NCBI GenBank assembly: GCA_039587355.1
Contig: JBDHIO010000013.1
Span: 9,847 to 73,846, forward strand
DNA length: 64,000 nt
Direction: 5' to 3'
From: Gemmatimonadota bacterium
GTDB taxonomy: Bacteria; Gemmatimonadota; Gemmatimonadetes; Palauibacterales; Palauibacteraceae
Part shown: positions 63,911-64,000 of the stretch, one piece after another
Numbering within the stretch: the first letter of the stretch is position 1
Layout of the letters: each line of letters begins with the position of its first letter
Notes under the pieces: generated by a model
What the model was told of the DNA's origin: nothing
The model's database searches: none
The model's input: the letters and a program-made list of their open reading frames with translations, nothing else
Made by a program: the position numbers and the translations under genes

Positions 63911-64000
63911 ATGGAAGAGCAGAAGAAGCTGGTGATCGTGATCTCTCGCGGATTCGACGATGAACGGGCCTCCGTCGCGTGGAGTATCGCGAGCGGAGGG
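63911..64000 (+). CDS. 5' end of a gene running off the window (possibly DsrE/DsrF-like)
   Basis: ATG after GGAGAG. MEEQKKLVIVISRGFDDERASVAWSIASGG. Only 30 codons visible. Confidence 0.35.
   Translation, partial: MEEQKKLVIVISRGFDDERASVAWSIASGG

Overview
High-GC (roughly two-thirds G+C by eye) bacterial chromosomal window, densely coding. A TonB-dependent receptor and an outer-membrane barrel indicate a diderm; lineage cannot be assigned by eye, and a Gemmatimonadota-like assignment would only be a guess. I saw no rRNA, tRNA, CRISPR array, transposase or integrase. Many long ORFs in the six-frame track are antisense or out-of-frame artefacts of the high GC and are not reported. Recognisable content: (1) a co-directional spt-like / GNAT / SDR / PAP2 block, a candidate bacterial ceramide/phosphosphingolipid operon, running straight into an ECF sigma / anti-sigma / PDZ trio; (2) icd; (3) a bona fide cytochrome cd1 nitrite reductase (nirS) carrying an extra N-terminal cytochrome c domain, translationally coupled to an alginate-export-type OM barrel and a TonB-dependent receptor; (4) a Ser/Thr kinase chained by start/stop overlaps to three small membrane proteins of unknown function; (5) two type II TA pairs (MazEF-like, AbrB-Doc); (6) a tricorn-like protease, a DUF885-type lipoprotein, surE, bioY and assorted hydrolases, GNATs and NTF2-like proteins. 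The most unusual feature is four families of uncharacterised membrane-anchored proteins (called A, B, C and D here), each with 2-4 copies scattered over 40 kb and repeatedly wired into operons. A striking AT-rich 5 x 9-bp GTATAC tandem repeat lies at the start of a Glu/Leu/Phe/Val-dehydrogenase-family gene. All functional calls rest on motifs recognised by eye; no searches were run. Start codons are often uncertain: GTG and TTG starts and 1-4 nt stop/start overlaps are common.
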